Positions 29,082 to 38,065 of a stretch of 64,000 nucleotides of DNA are shown in pieces; the first letter of the stretch is position 1, and each line of letters opens with the position of its first letter. The notes below the pieces were generated by a model, which saw only the letters and a program-made list of their open reading frames with translations, ran no database searches and was not told the DNA's origin. Made by a program: the position numbers and the translations under genes. Source of the stretch: Minisyncoccia bacterium (lineage in GTDB: Bacteria; Patescibacteriota; Minisyncoccia; JACQLN01); assembly GCA_049274895.1 (NCBI GenBank), contig JBASTM010000005.1:9636-73635 (forward strand). Direction: 5' to 3'.

Positions 29082-29315
29082 CTACCGCCAGTGCGGTGGA
29101 CTGTCCAGAACTGGGTGCGGGATCAAGCCGGCCCTCCGCAAGGCGTAGTCCGCCTCGCGATCGGTGGCGGTGCGGAGGGCGCAGTCGGAGAACAGATGCC
29201 GCATGTCTCCGTCGCCTGACTTCACGACCTCGCTCACGAGGACGCCGATCTGGGTGGTGCCCGCCATGCTTTCCATACGTTCCCCTTCCGTATGGTGAAG
29301 GAAATCCCTTTCCAA
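29082..29315 (-). CDS. Hypothetical 77-aa protein in a very GC-rich ~350-bp patch next to tRNA-Arg
   Basis: ORF in a compositionally foreign segment, followed on the minus strand by two GC hairpins (29024-29050 and 28990-29012, the second with a T-run). Confidence 0.3.
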   Translation of the reverse strand: MERDFLHHTEGERMESMAGTTQIGVLVSEVVKSGDGDMRHLFSDCALRTATDREADYALRRAGLIPHPVLDSPPHWR

Positions 29316-29542
29316 ATTGTTAGGAGCATCCGGCTCCTAAAAGAACATTATTACAATTTATTACAATCTTCCCCCTTTTCTGAACCTACCAGATACTTTT
29401 CTAGTGATAAGTTCGGAAAAAGAGAGTAATTACTCCTAAAAAGCCGATTCTTACTGTATATTCTAATTATACTCCCATTTTATACGTTTGTCAATAGCCA
29501 GGCCTAAAATCACCAAAAAACGGCCTTTTAGGCCGATTTATG

Positions 29543-29616
29543 TGTCTCCGGCGCGACTCGAACGCGCAACCTTCAGCTTCGGAGGCTGACGCTCTATCCA
29601 GTTGAGCTACGAAGAC
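29543..29616 (-). tRNA. tRNA-Arg (anticodon CCG)
   Basis: The reverse complement GTCTTCGTAGCTCAACTGGATAGAGCGTCAGCCTCCGAAGCTGAAGGTTGCGCGTTCGAGTCGCGCCGGAGACA folds as a cloverleaf with a 7-bp acceptor stem, a TTCGAGT T-loop and a CTCCGAA anticodon loop. Confidence 0.85.
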
Positions 29617-30117
29617 TTAGGTGTGACGATCAGCGACCACAAACGCGCCGAAAGAGAGCGGTTTGGTTTTAACCTCATAGCCGTTGCCGCGGACCATACC
29701 CACCACCTCTTTGATCATTTCCCGGCTGGCGCCGTTTTCGCCCACATCCACGTGGATTTCAAAATTAAAGTTTTTCAGGCGTTCTTCATTTTTTAAAACG
29801 TCAAACAACCGCTGGTAAAAAACTTCGGCCACGCTTAATGATTTTAAGGTTTCGGTGTAAATACGCTCGCGCAAACTTTTGAAATTGGCGTGCTGTTCTC
29901 GGCTCCAAAAATAACGCCCGCCGGCGCCCACCCGCCGCACCACCAAAGCGGTAATAAAATCGGTGCGGTCCAAATATATCTGCGAATCCGTGCCCACGAT
30001 TACCTGATAATCATGCTTCTCGCTTGCGTGCATATAACCGCAAATATCAGCCACAATGTCGGGCAAAGCCATAGCGCCTTTGGACGGGCTGAAAAATTTT
30101 TTCTCAACAATGGTCAT
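29617..30117 (-). CDS. Hypothetical protein (166 aa), possibly RNase H-like DUF458/YkuK-type
   Basis: Weak resemblance only. Confidence 0.35.
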   Translation of the reverse strand: MTIVEKKFFSPSKGAMALPDIVADICGYMHASEKHDYQVIVGTDSQIYLDRTDFITALVVRRVGAGGRYFWSREQHANFKSLRERIYTETLKSLSVAEVFYQRLFDVLKNEERLKNFNFEIHVDVGENGASREMIKEVVGMVRGNGYEVKTKPLSFGAFVVADRHT

Positions 30118-30163
30118 TAGTTATCGCTAATATAGCGAATCAGCGCCAATATAGCAAATTATA

Positions 30164-30261
30164 GAAAGACACCGTTTTGAGCGACTTCGGGGAGGTTTAG
30201 TTAATTAAGATAGGGTGGGGCGAAGAGCTCCTCCCTGCAGGAGCGAAAAATGGTGTCTTTC
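30164..30261. other. ~100-nt structured element closed by a 10-bp inverted repeat gaaagacacc/ggtgtctttc, with internal hairpins
   Basis: Read directly from the sequence; intergenic. Confidence 0.4.
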
Positions 30262-30266
30262 TAAAA

Positions 30267-31094
30267 CTAAAACAGACTAGGTCTTTGCGGTGCTGAAGAC
30301 AGCGCTTTGGCATCTAAAATCCTAAACATCTTAAAATATCTTTTGTCGCGTCGGCTATGGCAGAAGGCCTCTATGGTATCGCCCTGAATGGAATAAATTT
30401 CTATGTTCCTTTTTTTGCGGGCTGCTTCGCCGTCTTCGGCTTTCATAGACACGTAGTCTATCTCCACCATCTGTTTGTTTTTAAAAGCTTGAGACAAAAT
30501 GGAACGGATGTCTTTTTTGTCTGTCTCGGTGCTCCAGGAGGCCGGGATGGTTTTTAGGCCGTCGGTGCGCGATTCAAACATCACCGCGCCGTGGTTAAGC
30601 CCATATTCGTAAAGATCGCGGGTTAATTTTACGTCTTGCAAACAATACTCTTGGAGCTTCTCTAGCTGGCCCGATCTAAACCAGGTGATGGCTTCCAAGC
30701 CATGCGAAGATTTTTGCTCGCCCAAAGTGCTTTTAGCCAGCGCGTCCAAGCCCGGTCTAAAACCCAAAACCACCTCCAATTTTTCCATCAAATCCAAAGC
30801 GGGCGCGTCGGCTAAAACCAAATTCTTAAAATACGGCTGCAGCACCGGGTAATCAAAATGCTTGGTGTTAAAGCCGATAATCAAACTGGCCTTGGCCATA
30901 ACTTTTTCCAGTTCGGGGAGTTGGGCTTCGGTATAGGCCTTAAGACTGTTATCGGCATAATTAAAAACGCCGGCCACCGAAACACCGAGCAGATGCACGT
31001 TGCGATAGCCGCCCACCTCGGCAAATTCTTTTTGAGTTTCTATATCAAAGACAATTCTGTTATCACTGGCCATAGATAGCAAAAATAGTAGCAT
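30267..31094 (-). CDS. DEDD-family (DnaQ-like) 3-prime-5-prime exonuclease with a C-terminal extension
   Basis: Exo I motif VFDIETQ, with later Exo II/III-like acidic and His-containing motifs. Confidence 0.6.
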   Translation of the reverse strand: MLLFLLSMASDNRIVFDIETQKEFAEVGGYRNVHLLGVSVAGVFNYADNSLKAYTEAQLPELEKVMAKASLIIGFNTKHFDYPVLQPYFKNLVLADAPALDLMEKLEVVLGFRPGLDALAKSTLGEQKSSHGLEAITWFRSGQLEKLQEYCLQDVKLTRDLYEYGLNHGAVMFESRTDGLKTIPASWSTETDKKDIRSILSQAFKNKQMVEIDYVSMKAEDGEAARKKRNIEIYSIQGDTIEAFCHSRRDKRYFKMFRILDAKALSSAPQRPSLF

Positions 31095-31131
31095 CTAAAA
31101 AATGCTTACTCAAGTGAGGAAAAATTAACGG

Positions 31132-31689
31132 CTAATCTCTAGTGGCTATCTTTTTGTATCCCAGCCAAATCAAGCCGGCGAGTGCCAAACCCAGGATAAT
31201 AAAGCGCAGATAATCGTTCATGTCCGACCAGTAGCGAACGGTACCGATAATAAGCGAGAGCAACCCGCCGCCCAAAAAGCCGTTAGCCACCGGCGCGGCG
31301 TTGATAACCAAAAAGCCGAGTCCGAGCGAAATAAGGCCCAGCACCACGAGGATTACAAAGACATTGCGGTTATAAACATCGCGGACCGATTCGTAAGCGT
31401 CGCGGCATTCGGCCGTGGCATCGCACCAGCCCTTTTGACCGGCCGCGGGTTCCACCGGAACCGGACGGGGCTCGCTGGGATGGTACTTAACTTCCCCGGT
31501 GCCTTCAAACCACCGGCCGCCCACGGCTTCGCACTCCGATTTGTCGGCGTATAATTTTTGGGTGAGTTCCACCGGGCAAAACTTTTCGTAATCGGGCGAA
31601 TCGTAAAACGTAAACACGCCGTAGTTAAAAAACAAATTCAACACTACCACTATCGCCAGCGCCAAAATTATTTCTTTTATTCGGGACAT
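31132..31689 (-). CDS. Membrane protein with an extracytoplasmic Cys-containing domain
   Basis: N-terminal TM helix and two C-terminal TM helices, with cysteines in the central region. Confidence 0.4.
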   Translation of the reverse strand: MSRIKEIILALAIVVVLNLFFNYGVFTFYDSPDYEKFCPVELTQKLYADKSECEAVGGRWFEGTGEVKYHPSEPRPVPVEPAAGQKGWCDATAECRDAYESVRDVYNRNVFVILVVLGLISLGLGFLVINAAPVANGFLGGGLLSLIIGTVRYWSDMNDYLRFIILGLALAGLIWLGYKKIATRD

Positions 31690-31728
31690 GTTTTTTATTT
31701 ACCAGAAAGAGTCGGCCAACGGGACATT

Positions 31729-31977
31729 TTATAAAGTTATCGTATGCAAACTTAACTCTTTAGGATTATATGATTTCAATACATCCAAGTTCTCTTTTTC
31801 TCTGGTTACCAAACCAATGACCTCACGAATATTTTTCAAGGCCTCATCCAATGTTTCACCTTGGCTATAACATCCCTCAAAAAGTGGACACTCTACCACA
31901 TAAAAACCATCCTCATCTTTTTCGATAAAAAGAGGGAGGGTCACGTTTTTCTTGGTTTTGATATTTATATCATTCAT
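31729..31977 (-). CDS. HicB-like (UPF0150) antitoxin-fold protein, orphan
   Basis: FIEKDEDGFYVVECPLFEGCYSQGETLDEALKNIREVI is the canonical HicB_like/UPF0150 core. Confidence 0.65.
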   Translation of the reverse strand: MNDINIKTKKNVTLPLFIEKDEDGFYVVECPLFEGCYSQGETLDEALKNIREVIGLVTREKENLDVLKSYNPKELSLHTITL

Positions 31978-32001
31978 CGCCTTTATACTATCTTATCTGG
32001 G

Positions 32002-33306
32002 TTATTTTGACAATCTTTGCAACTCCTCCAAAACCACAGCTTTTTCGTCCCAGTCCATGGCGCCGAATTTTGTCATCATGGTTTTTTCGGCGCCTTTGCC
32101 GGTTATTAAAACAACATCACCGGGTTTAGCCGATTGTAAAGCTTCGCGAATGGCCAAGCGCCGGTCCATGATTTTTTTATAACTTTTATTTTTAATACCC
32201 CGGGCCACTTCGGCAATTATTTTTTCCGGATCTTCGGCGTAAGGATCTTCGTCGGTCAGAATAATTTCATCGCAAAACTCTTCGGCGATAGCGCCCATTT
32301 TTGGTCTTTTCCATTGGTCGCGGCCGCCGCCGGCCGCGCCCAAAACACCAATCAAACGCGATCCCAGCCCAACCCAAAAGGACCTGGCCGCCCGATAAAC
32401 GCTTTCCAAAGCGTCGGGCGTGTGGGCGTAATCAATGCAGACCAAAAACGGCTGCTCTTGTAAAACTTCCAGCCGGCCGGGCGCGCCCTTAAAATCGGCT
32501 ATAGATTTTTTGATGTATTGATGCGGAATCTCAAAAGCCCGCGCCAAAGCAATGGCGGCCAAAACGTTGTATAAATTAAAATCACCCAACATGGGGCTAG
32601 TATATTTTTCTCCCTCCAAAGTAAAATCAACCCCGCCAGGCGAAAATTTTATATCCTCCGGAATAAAATGTTTTTTAACCCCAACCCGACTGTTTTCTTT
32701 TAAGAGGCCGTAGCCGACTTTTTCGTCGGCGTAAAAACCGACGTAATAATGAGCCGAGGCATCATCTAAATTGATTACGCTTATTTTTTTTATCTTATCT
32801 TTTTTGGTTTTCAGTTTGGCAAAAAGTTCCCCTTTGGCCCTCCGGTATTTCTCAAACGAGCCGTGGCTTTCGATGTGCTCCGGCCGGACGTTGGTTAAAA
32901 CCGCGGCATCAAAATTTATAAAAGCCGCCCGATTTTGTGTTAAGCCCTCCGAGGTCACCTCCAAAATAGCGTATTGGCAGCCGGCCCGGGCCGAGGCGCG
33001 CAAAAAATCTTGCAAGGCCAACCGGCCGGGCATGGTCATTTTTAGTTTATTTACTTCTTCTTTGTCTTTGATGCGGAACCTGATGGACGAAGTGGAGGCC
33101 ACGTTCAAGCCGAACTCGCTGAAAATATCGTGGGCGAGTTGAATCACGGTGGACTTGCCGTTGGTGCCGGTAACGCCAATAACCACCAGATCACGCGAAG
33201 GAAATCTGTTTTTCACCGCTCCCGCCAAGGCCATTAACCAATGGAACGAATTCCAAACCGCCGCCGGGATCAGTTTTTTTGTTATGTTTTTTACAACCGC
33301 AATCAT
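32002..33306 (-). CDS. Mur ligase family protein (MurE/MurF-like; lacks the usual N-terminal domain)
   Basis: P-loop VIGVTGTNGKST and the Mur ligase middle and C-terminal domain pattern. Confidence 0.7.
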   Translation of the reverse strand: MIAVVKNITKKLIPAAVWNSFHWLMALAGAVKNRFPSRDLVVIGVTGTNGKSTVIQLAHDIFSEFGLNVASTSSIRFRIKDKEEVNKLKMTMPGRLALQDFLRASARAGCQYAILEVTSEGLTQNRAAFINFDAAVLTNVRPEHIESHGSFEKYRRAKGELFAKLKTKKDKIKKISVINLDDASAHYYVGFYADEKVGYGLLKENSRVGVKKHFIPEDIKFSPGGVDFTLEGEKYTSPMLGDFNLYNVLAAIALARAFEIPHQYIKKSIADFKGAPGRLEVLQEQPFLVCIDYAHTPDALESVYRAARSFWVGLGSRLIGVLGAAGGGRDQWKRPKMGAIAEEFCDEIILTDEDPYAEDPEKIIAEVARGIKNKSYKKIMDRRLAIREALQSAKPGDVVLITGKGAEKTMMTKFGAMDWDEKAVVLEELQRLSK

Positions 33307-33887
33307 TTTGCTAATACTTTTAAGGCCTCGGCTATCCGGCCCGATACGCCTTTTATGCCCACCGGGATCTTTTTAACGGCCTCGCGGGCCTGATAAGCCG
33401 AATAGCCCAAACTTTGCAAGGCCTCCAAAATATCGACGTCCTCGGAAACGGTCTCTGAAACCGCCTGGGTGGCCGCTGTGACCAAAGCCAGCGCTTTGGT
33501 TTTAAGGTCAATGATTATTTTCTGCGCCGTTCTTTGACCCACGCCCGAGACCCTCCTTAACACACTCTCCTCGCCGCGGGTGATGGCCGCCACCAGCATT
33601 TCAAAAGGCACTTCGTCCACCAAAGTCAAAGCGCTTTTAGGGCCTACTCCGGAAACTGTGATCAGCATTTCAAAAAGCTCCAGCTCGTCCGGCCTTAAAA
33701 AACCGTATAATTCCTGAATGTCTTCGCGGATGTGAGGATAGGTAAAAACTTTGACTGTATCTGTATTTTCTTGTAATTTGTTAAGGGTGCTGTTCGCCAT
33801 AAAAATACGGTAACCCAAAGAACCGCATTTTAAGATACAGCGCCGATCGTATTTTTTAATCAATTCCCCTTCAAGATAGCCAATCAT
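33303..33887 (-). CDS. ruvA: Holliday junction DNA helicase RuvA
   Basis: MIGYLEGELIKK N-terminus and the HhH domain. Confidence 0.85.
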   Translation of the reverse strand: MIGYLEGELIKKYDRRCILKCGSLGYRIFMANSTLNKLQENTDTVKVFTYPHIREDIQELYGFLRPDELELFEMLITVSGVGPKSALTLVDEVPFEMLVAAITRGEESVLRRVSGVGQRTAQKIIIDLKTKALALVTAATQAVSETVSEDVDILEALQSLGYSAYQAREAVKKIPVGIKGVSGRIAEALKVLAK

Positions 33888-33910
33888 GTTAAAAATATCA
33901 TAGCGTAAAT

Positions 33911-35845
33911 ATGCCCCGATTCAAACTTGTCTCCAAATTCCGCGCGACCGGCGATCAGCCCCAGGCCATCCAAAAACTGACTGACGGGATTTTTTCGGGC
34001 GCCCAACATCAAACTCTTTTAGGCGTGACCGGATCGGGAAAAACTTTCACCTTGGCGAACGTGATCGCAAATGTCCAAAAACCGACCTTGGTGATCTCGC
34101 ACAACAAAACCCTGGCCTGGCAGTTGTATCAGGAATTCAAAGATTTTTTCCCCGAAAACGAGGTGCACTACTTTGTTTCCTACTACGACTACTATCAACC
34201 CGAGGCCTATATTCCCCAAACCGATACTTACATAGAAAAAGACGCCAAAATAAACGAAACGATTGATAAATTGCGCCACGCCGCCACCCAAGCGGTTTTA
34301 ACGCGGCCGGATACGATTATAGTTTCTTCGGTTTCGTGCATTTATAACATCGGCGATCCTAATGAGTATCAAAGAATTGCTATTGATTTGACGGTAGATT
34401 CAACCCTGACGCGACGGGATTTGATGAAACGGCTGACACTGATGCAATTTTCCCGAAACGAATACTCGCCGCTGGCCGGAACATTTCGTCTTAAAGGCGA
34501 AACCGTGGAAATAAATTTGCCCACCGGCGAAGAAGTTATTCGTATAACTTTTTCGGGCTCAATCATAGAAAAAATATGGAGTTCCAAAAACGGTCTAACC
34601 AATTCTCTGACTTTGTTTCCGGCCAAGCACTTTGTGGCCGAAGCAACCAAGTTAAAAATCGCTCTCGCCAATATTGAAGCCGAACTGGCCGAGGAATTGA
34701 GAAAATTAAAAAAAGAAAATAAAATTCTGGAGGCCGCCCGCTTGGAACAGCGCACCCACCATGACTTGGAAATGCTGGCCGAGGCCGGTTACTGTTCGGG
34801 CATAGAAAACTATTCCCGCCATCTTTCGTTTAGAAAGCCCGGCTCATCGCCTTTTTCTTTGATTGATTTCTTTGAGCAATCCCCCCACGGCCAAGATTTC
34901 TTGACGCTGGTGGATGAATCGCATATGACCATCCCCCAAATCCGGGGTATGTATAACGGCGACCGCGCCCGCAAACAAACCCTGGTGGAACACGGTTTTC
35001 GCCTGCCCTCATGTTTGGACAACCGGCCGCTTATGTTTAAGGAATGGGAAGAAAAAATCGGCCAGGCGATTTTTTCTTCGGCCACGCCCAATCAATACGA
35101 ACTGGAAAAATCGCGCCACCAATATAAAGTTCATTTAGCCGAACAGTTGATACGCCCCACGCATATTTTGGACCCTCAAGTGGAAGTCCGCCCCACCCAA
35201 AATCAAATATCCGACGCCCTCAAAGAGATAAGCGACCGCGTCAAACATGGCCAACGGACCTTAATAACCGTAATAACCAAACGCTTGGCCGAAGATCTGG
35301 CGGAACATTTGGCCCAGGCCGGAATAAAAGCGGCTTACCTGCACTCCGAGATAAAAACCTTAAACCGGCCCGAGATTCTAAACGATTTAAGAAGCGGTAA
35401 AATTGACGCACTGGTGGGCGTTAATCTGCTTAGAGAGGGTTTGGATTTGCCCGAAGTTTCTTTGATTTTGATATTTGACGCCGACAAAGAGGGTTTTTTA
35501 AGAAATGAAACCACTATGATCCAGACCATCGGCCGGGCCGCCCGCAATGTGGACGGCTTGGTGATTATGTATGCCGATAAAATGACGGGCTCAATGGCAT
35601 CGGCTATAAGAGAAACCGACCGCCGGCGGAATTACCAAGCCGAGTTTAACGCCAAAAACAAACTCAAACCCGCCACCATAATCAAGGAAGTCAAAGTTAA
35701 AGCAGTGGTGCCCGAACCCGAAAAAATCTGGCTTAAAACCAAAACTAAGCGCGAACTGGAGCGCGAACTTAAAACCGCCATCGGCGATTGGGACTTTGAG
35801 AAAGCGATATTATTGAGGGATTATTTGAAAACCTTGCCAAGATAG
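33911..35845 (+). CDS. uvrB: Excinuclease ABC subunit B
   Basis: GDQPQAI, Walker A GVTGSGKT, a helicase motif and the C-terminal UVR domain. Confidence 0.9.
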   Translation: MPRFKLVSKFRATGDQPQAIQKLTDGIFSGAQHQTLLGVTGSGKTFTLANVIANVQKPTLVISHNKTLAWQLYQEFKDFFPENEVHYFVSYYDYYQPEAYIPQTDTYIEKDAKINETIDKLRHAATQAVLTRPDTIIVSSVSCIYNIGDPNEYQRIAIDLTVDSTLTRRDLMKRLTLMQFSRNEYSPLAGTFRLKGETVEINLPTGEEVIRITFSGSIIEKIWSSKNGLTNSLTLFPAKHFVAEATKLKIALANIEAELAEELRKLKKENKILEAARLEQRTHHDLEMLAEAGYCSGIENYSRHLSFRKPGSSPFSLIDFFEQSPHGQDFLTLVDESHMTIPQIRGMYNGDRARKQTLVEHGFRLPSCLDNRPLMFKEWEEKIGQAIFSSATPNQYELEKSRHQYKVHLAEQLIRPTHILDPQVEVRPTQNQISDALKEISDRVKHGQRTLITVITKRLAEDLAEHLAQAGIKAAYLHSEIKTLNRPEILNDLRSGKIDALVGVNLLREGLDLPEVSLILIFDADKEGFLRNETTMIQTIGRAARNVDGLVIMYADKMTGSMASAIRETDRRRNYQAEFNAKNKLKPATIIKEVKVKAVVPEPEKIWLKTKTKRELERELKTAIGDWDFEKAILLRDYLKTLPR

Positions 35846-35876
35846 GCCGGTTTTGTTAGAGTGACAACCTAAACAT

Positions 35877-36140
35877 ATGCCTATCAAACATTCAGCCAAA
35901 AAAGCGTTAAGACAAGCCCAAAAAAGAACTCTCGCCAATCAGGCCGCCAAAGCCAATGTCAAAAATTTGGAGAAAAAACTGGTCAAGGCCATAATGGCTA
36001 AGGACACAACTGGCCTAAAATCCAACGCGTCCAGTTTGGTTCAAGCTTGGGATAAAGCCGTTAAAAACAACGTTATTCCCAAAAACTCCGCCGCCCGAAA
36101 AAAATCACGCCTTCAGAAAATTATAAACAAAATCCTCTAG
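35877..36140 (+). CDS. rpsT: 30S ribosomal protein S20
   Basis: MPIKHSAKKALRQAQKRTLAN... is the S20 N-terminus. Confidence 0.85.
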   Translation: MPIKHSAKKALRQAQKRTLANQAAKANVKNLEKKLVKAIMAKDTTGLKSNASSLVQAWDKAVKNNVIPKNSAARKKSRLQKIINKIL

Positions 36141-37109
36141 GGCTTCGCGGCCGTCGCGCTCGCCTGTTTTTACGGCCAAATCAATTTCGGCCAGATTGTG
36201 GTAGATGTTTTTTAATTCCGACAGTGAAAAGTTTCTTAAAGCCGCCAAAGATTTCTTGGCCACCCAAGGGTTAAGACCCAATTTTTTAGCTGCCTCTTCA
36301 GCCGAAGCAAACTTGCCTGCCCCGAGCGCGGTCGCGGGGCCTCCGGCCAGCTTGATAAGAATCCTAAATTGCCAAACTACGGCTCCCAACACCGAGACGG
36401 GATCCTCGTTTTTGGTCCATTGATCTTCTAAACTTTTAAGCGCTGCGGCCGCATTTTTAACCGCCAAGGCGTCCGTAACCTTAAAATTGCTGGAAATAAT
36501 ATCAAAAGTAACCAAATGGTCTATGTCTGATCTCGCGATAACACCCCGACCATATCGAGCCAGTTTGGCAATTTCGTTCCAAACCCTGTGAGTATCGCAA
36601 CCGAGGCCGTCTATCAAATAAGCCAAATCGCCGCGCGTTATTTTTATATTTTCCCCGGCCGCCTTTTTAAGACACCAGTCTATCAACTTGGGCTTGTCAT
36701 AATTTCTAAACTCCTCAACCTTGCCTTTGGTGTTAAAAAACTCTAAACGTTTTTTAAGAGTCCCGCGAAGTCCCACCGACGGCGTGGACGAAGTGGGAGC
36801 GACCGTAAAATCGTAAGCGACTAAAATAACGTCTTCCGATTTTTCCAAACCGCCAATGCTATTCAAGATTTTATTGGTTTCTTCCCATTGAGGTTCCGAA
36901 ACGGATAAAACCCCCCTTAAAAAAATAAGTTTTTTTTCGCTGAACATAGATTGGCTTTCCAATGCCGGTTTCAAATCGTCGCAATTTTCTTCCAAATCAA
37001 ACTTAAAAAAATTAAGGCCGCTCTTGAACTTGTTGCGGTAGGCCTCTTTGGCCTTGGCCAGCTTTTCCTGAATCAAAAACGAATTTTCACCCCAATATAA
37101 ATAGATCAT
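36105..37109 (-). CDS. holA: DNA polymerase III delta subunit
   Basis: MIYLYWGENSFLIQEKL... N-terminus and the length. Confidence 0.7.
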   Translation of the reverse strand: MIYLYWGENSFLIQEKLAKAKEAYRNKFKSGLNFFKFDLEENCDDLKPALESQSMFSEKKLIFLRGVLSVSEPQWEETNKILNSIGGLEKSEDVILVAYDFTVAPTSSTPSVGLRGTLKKRLEFFNTKGKVEEFRNYDKPKLIDWCLKKAAGENIKITRGDLAYLIDGLGCDTHRVWNEIAKLARYGRGVIARSDIDHLVTFDIISSNFKVTDALAVKNAAAALKSLEDQWTKNEDPVSVLGAVVWQFRILIKLAGGPATALGAGKFASAEEAAKKLGLNPWVAKKSLAALRNFSLSELKNIYHNLAEIDLAVKTGERDGREALEDFVYNFLKA

Positions 37110-37118
37110 ATTTAGCGT

Positions 37119-37946
37119 TTAGTATAGCACTTGGCAGCGGTGGCAAAAATGCGCCGTCCGCGAGCCGATTCTAACGGTTCTTACCTCGCCACTACAAACA
37201 CACCTCTCTCCTTTTCTGGCATAAACCAACCGCCGGGCAAAATAACCCCCTTTTTTACCGGCGAGGTCGCGGTAATCGCGGCGGGTAGTACCTCTCAATT
37301 TTAACGATTTTTTGAGCACCCCGACCAATTTGTTAAAAAGGAGTTTGAGTTTTTGGGGCGGTATTTTTTCCGTTCGGCTTAAGGGATGGATTTTGGCTAA
37401 ATACAGGGCTTCGTCGGAATAGATATTGCCCACACCGGCCAAAAATTCCTGATTCATTAAGGCAGATTTGATCCGGCCGCGCCTGGCACTAATTCGAGTT
37501 AAAAATTCTTTGACTGTGGTCTTCAATGGGTCGGGACCTAATTTTTTAATCTCCGGCCGAGCCATCACTTCTTCGCTCGGGCCAGCAATTACGCGGCCGA
37601 ATTTTCTAACGTCGGAAAAATATAACTTGGCTTTTTTATTTCCTTTTTTTAAGTCAAAAATCAAATGAATATAACCGAGGTTGGCTGGCGGGTCAAGTAA
37701 AAAGTGGCCCGTCATTTTAAGATGCGCCGCAAGAACATAACCGCCGGAAAGATTGAAAATTATATTCTTGCCTCGGCGTTCAATACTGATTATCCTGCGC
37801 CCGGCCATAGCGCGTTTGACCTTGTCCAACCCCCCGCTCGCGGCAAGATACTTCGGCCAATCGCTCCAAACGCCTATAATTACCCAACCGATCAGGCGGT
37901 GTTTGAGATCGTTAGCGATGGTTTCAACTTCGGGCAGTTCAGGCAT
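37119..37946 (-). CDS. mutM: Formamidopyrimidine-DNA glycosylase
   Basis: MPELPEVE N-terminus (catalytic Pro2/Glu3), H2TH, and a C-terminal zinc finger CxxC...CHRCQ. Confidence 0.85.
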   Translation of the reverse strand: MPELPEVETIANDLKHRLIGWVIIGVWSDWPKYLAASGGLDKVKRAMAGRRIISIERRGKNIIFNLSGGYVLAAHLKMTGHFLLDPPANLGYIHLIFDLKKGNKKAKLYFSDVRKFGRVIAGPSEEVMARPEIKKLGPDPLKTTVKEFLTRISARRGRIKSALMNQEFLAGVGNIYSDEALYLAKIHPLSRTEKIPPQKLKLLFNKLVGVLKKSLKLRGTTRRDYRDLAGKKGGYFARRLVYARKGERCVCSGEVRTVRIGSRTAHFCHRCQVLY

Positions 37947-37984
37947 GCCAATTTTATTTACGAATGAAATGAGTAATTACTAAA

Positions 37985-38053
37985 ATTGAGCACCCAGCAC
38001 CTTTTAGATGTATAAATAATCTTTACCTTCAAAAGGTGCTGGGTAAGGTTTGG
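37985..38053. repeat. Palindromic intergenic element, copy A (attgagca-CCCAGCACCTTTT-25 nt loop-AAAAGGTGCTGGG-taaggttt), upstream of fpg
   Basis: 13-bp perfect inverted repeat with conserved flanks; the loop is inverted relative to copy B. Confidence 0.8.
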
Positions 38054-38065
38054 CAACCAATCGCG

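Noticed and set aside
28943-29323. 126-aa Arg/Pro-rich plus-strand ORF in the GC-rich patch
   Set aside because: Its composition is typical of a spurious frame in high-GC DNA. The minus-strand ORF, which has terminators of its own, is preferred, and even that is low confidence.
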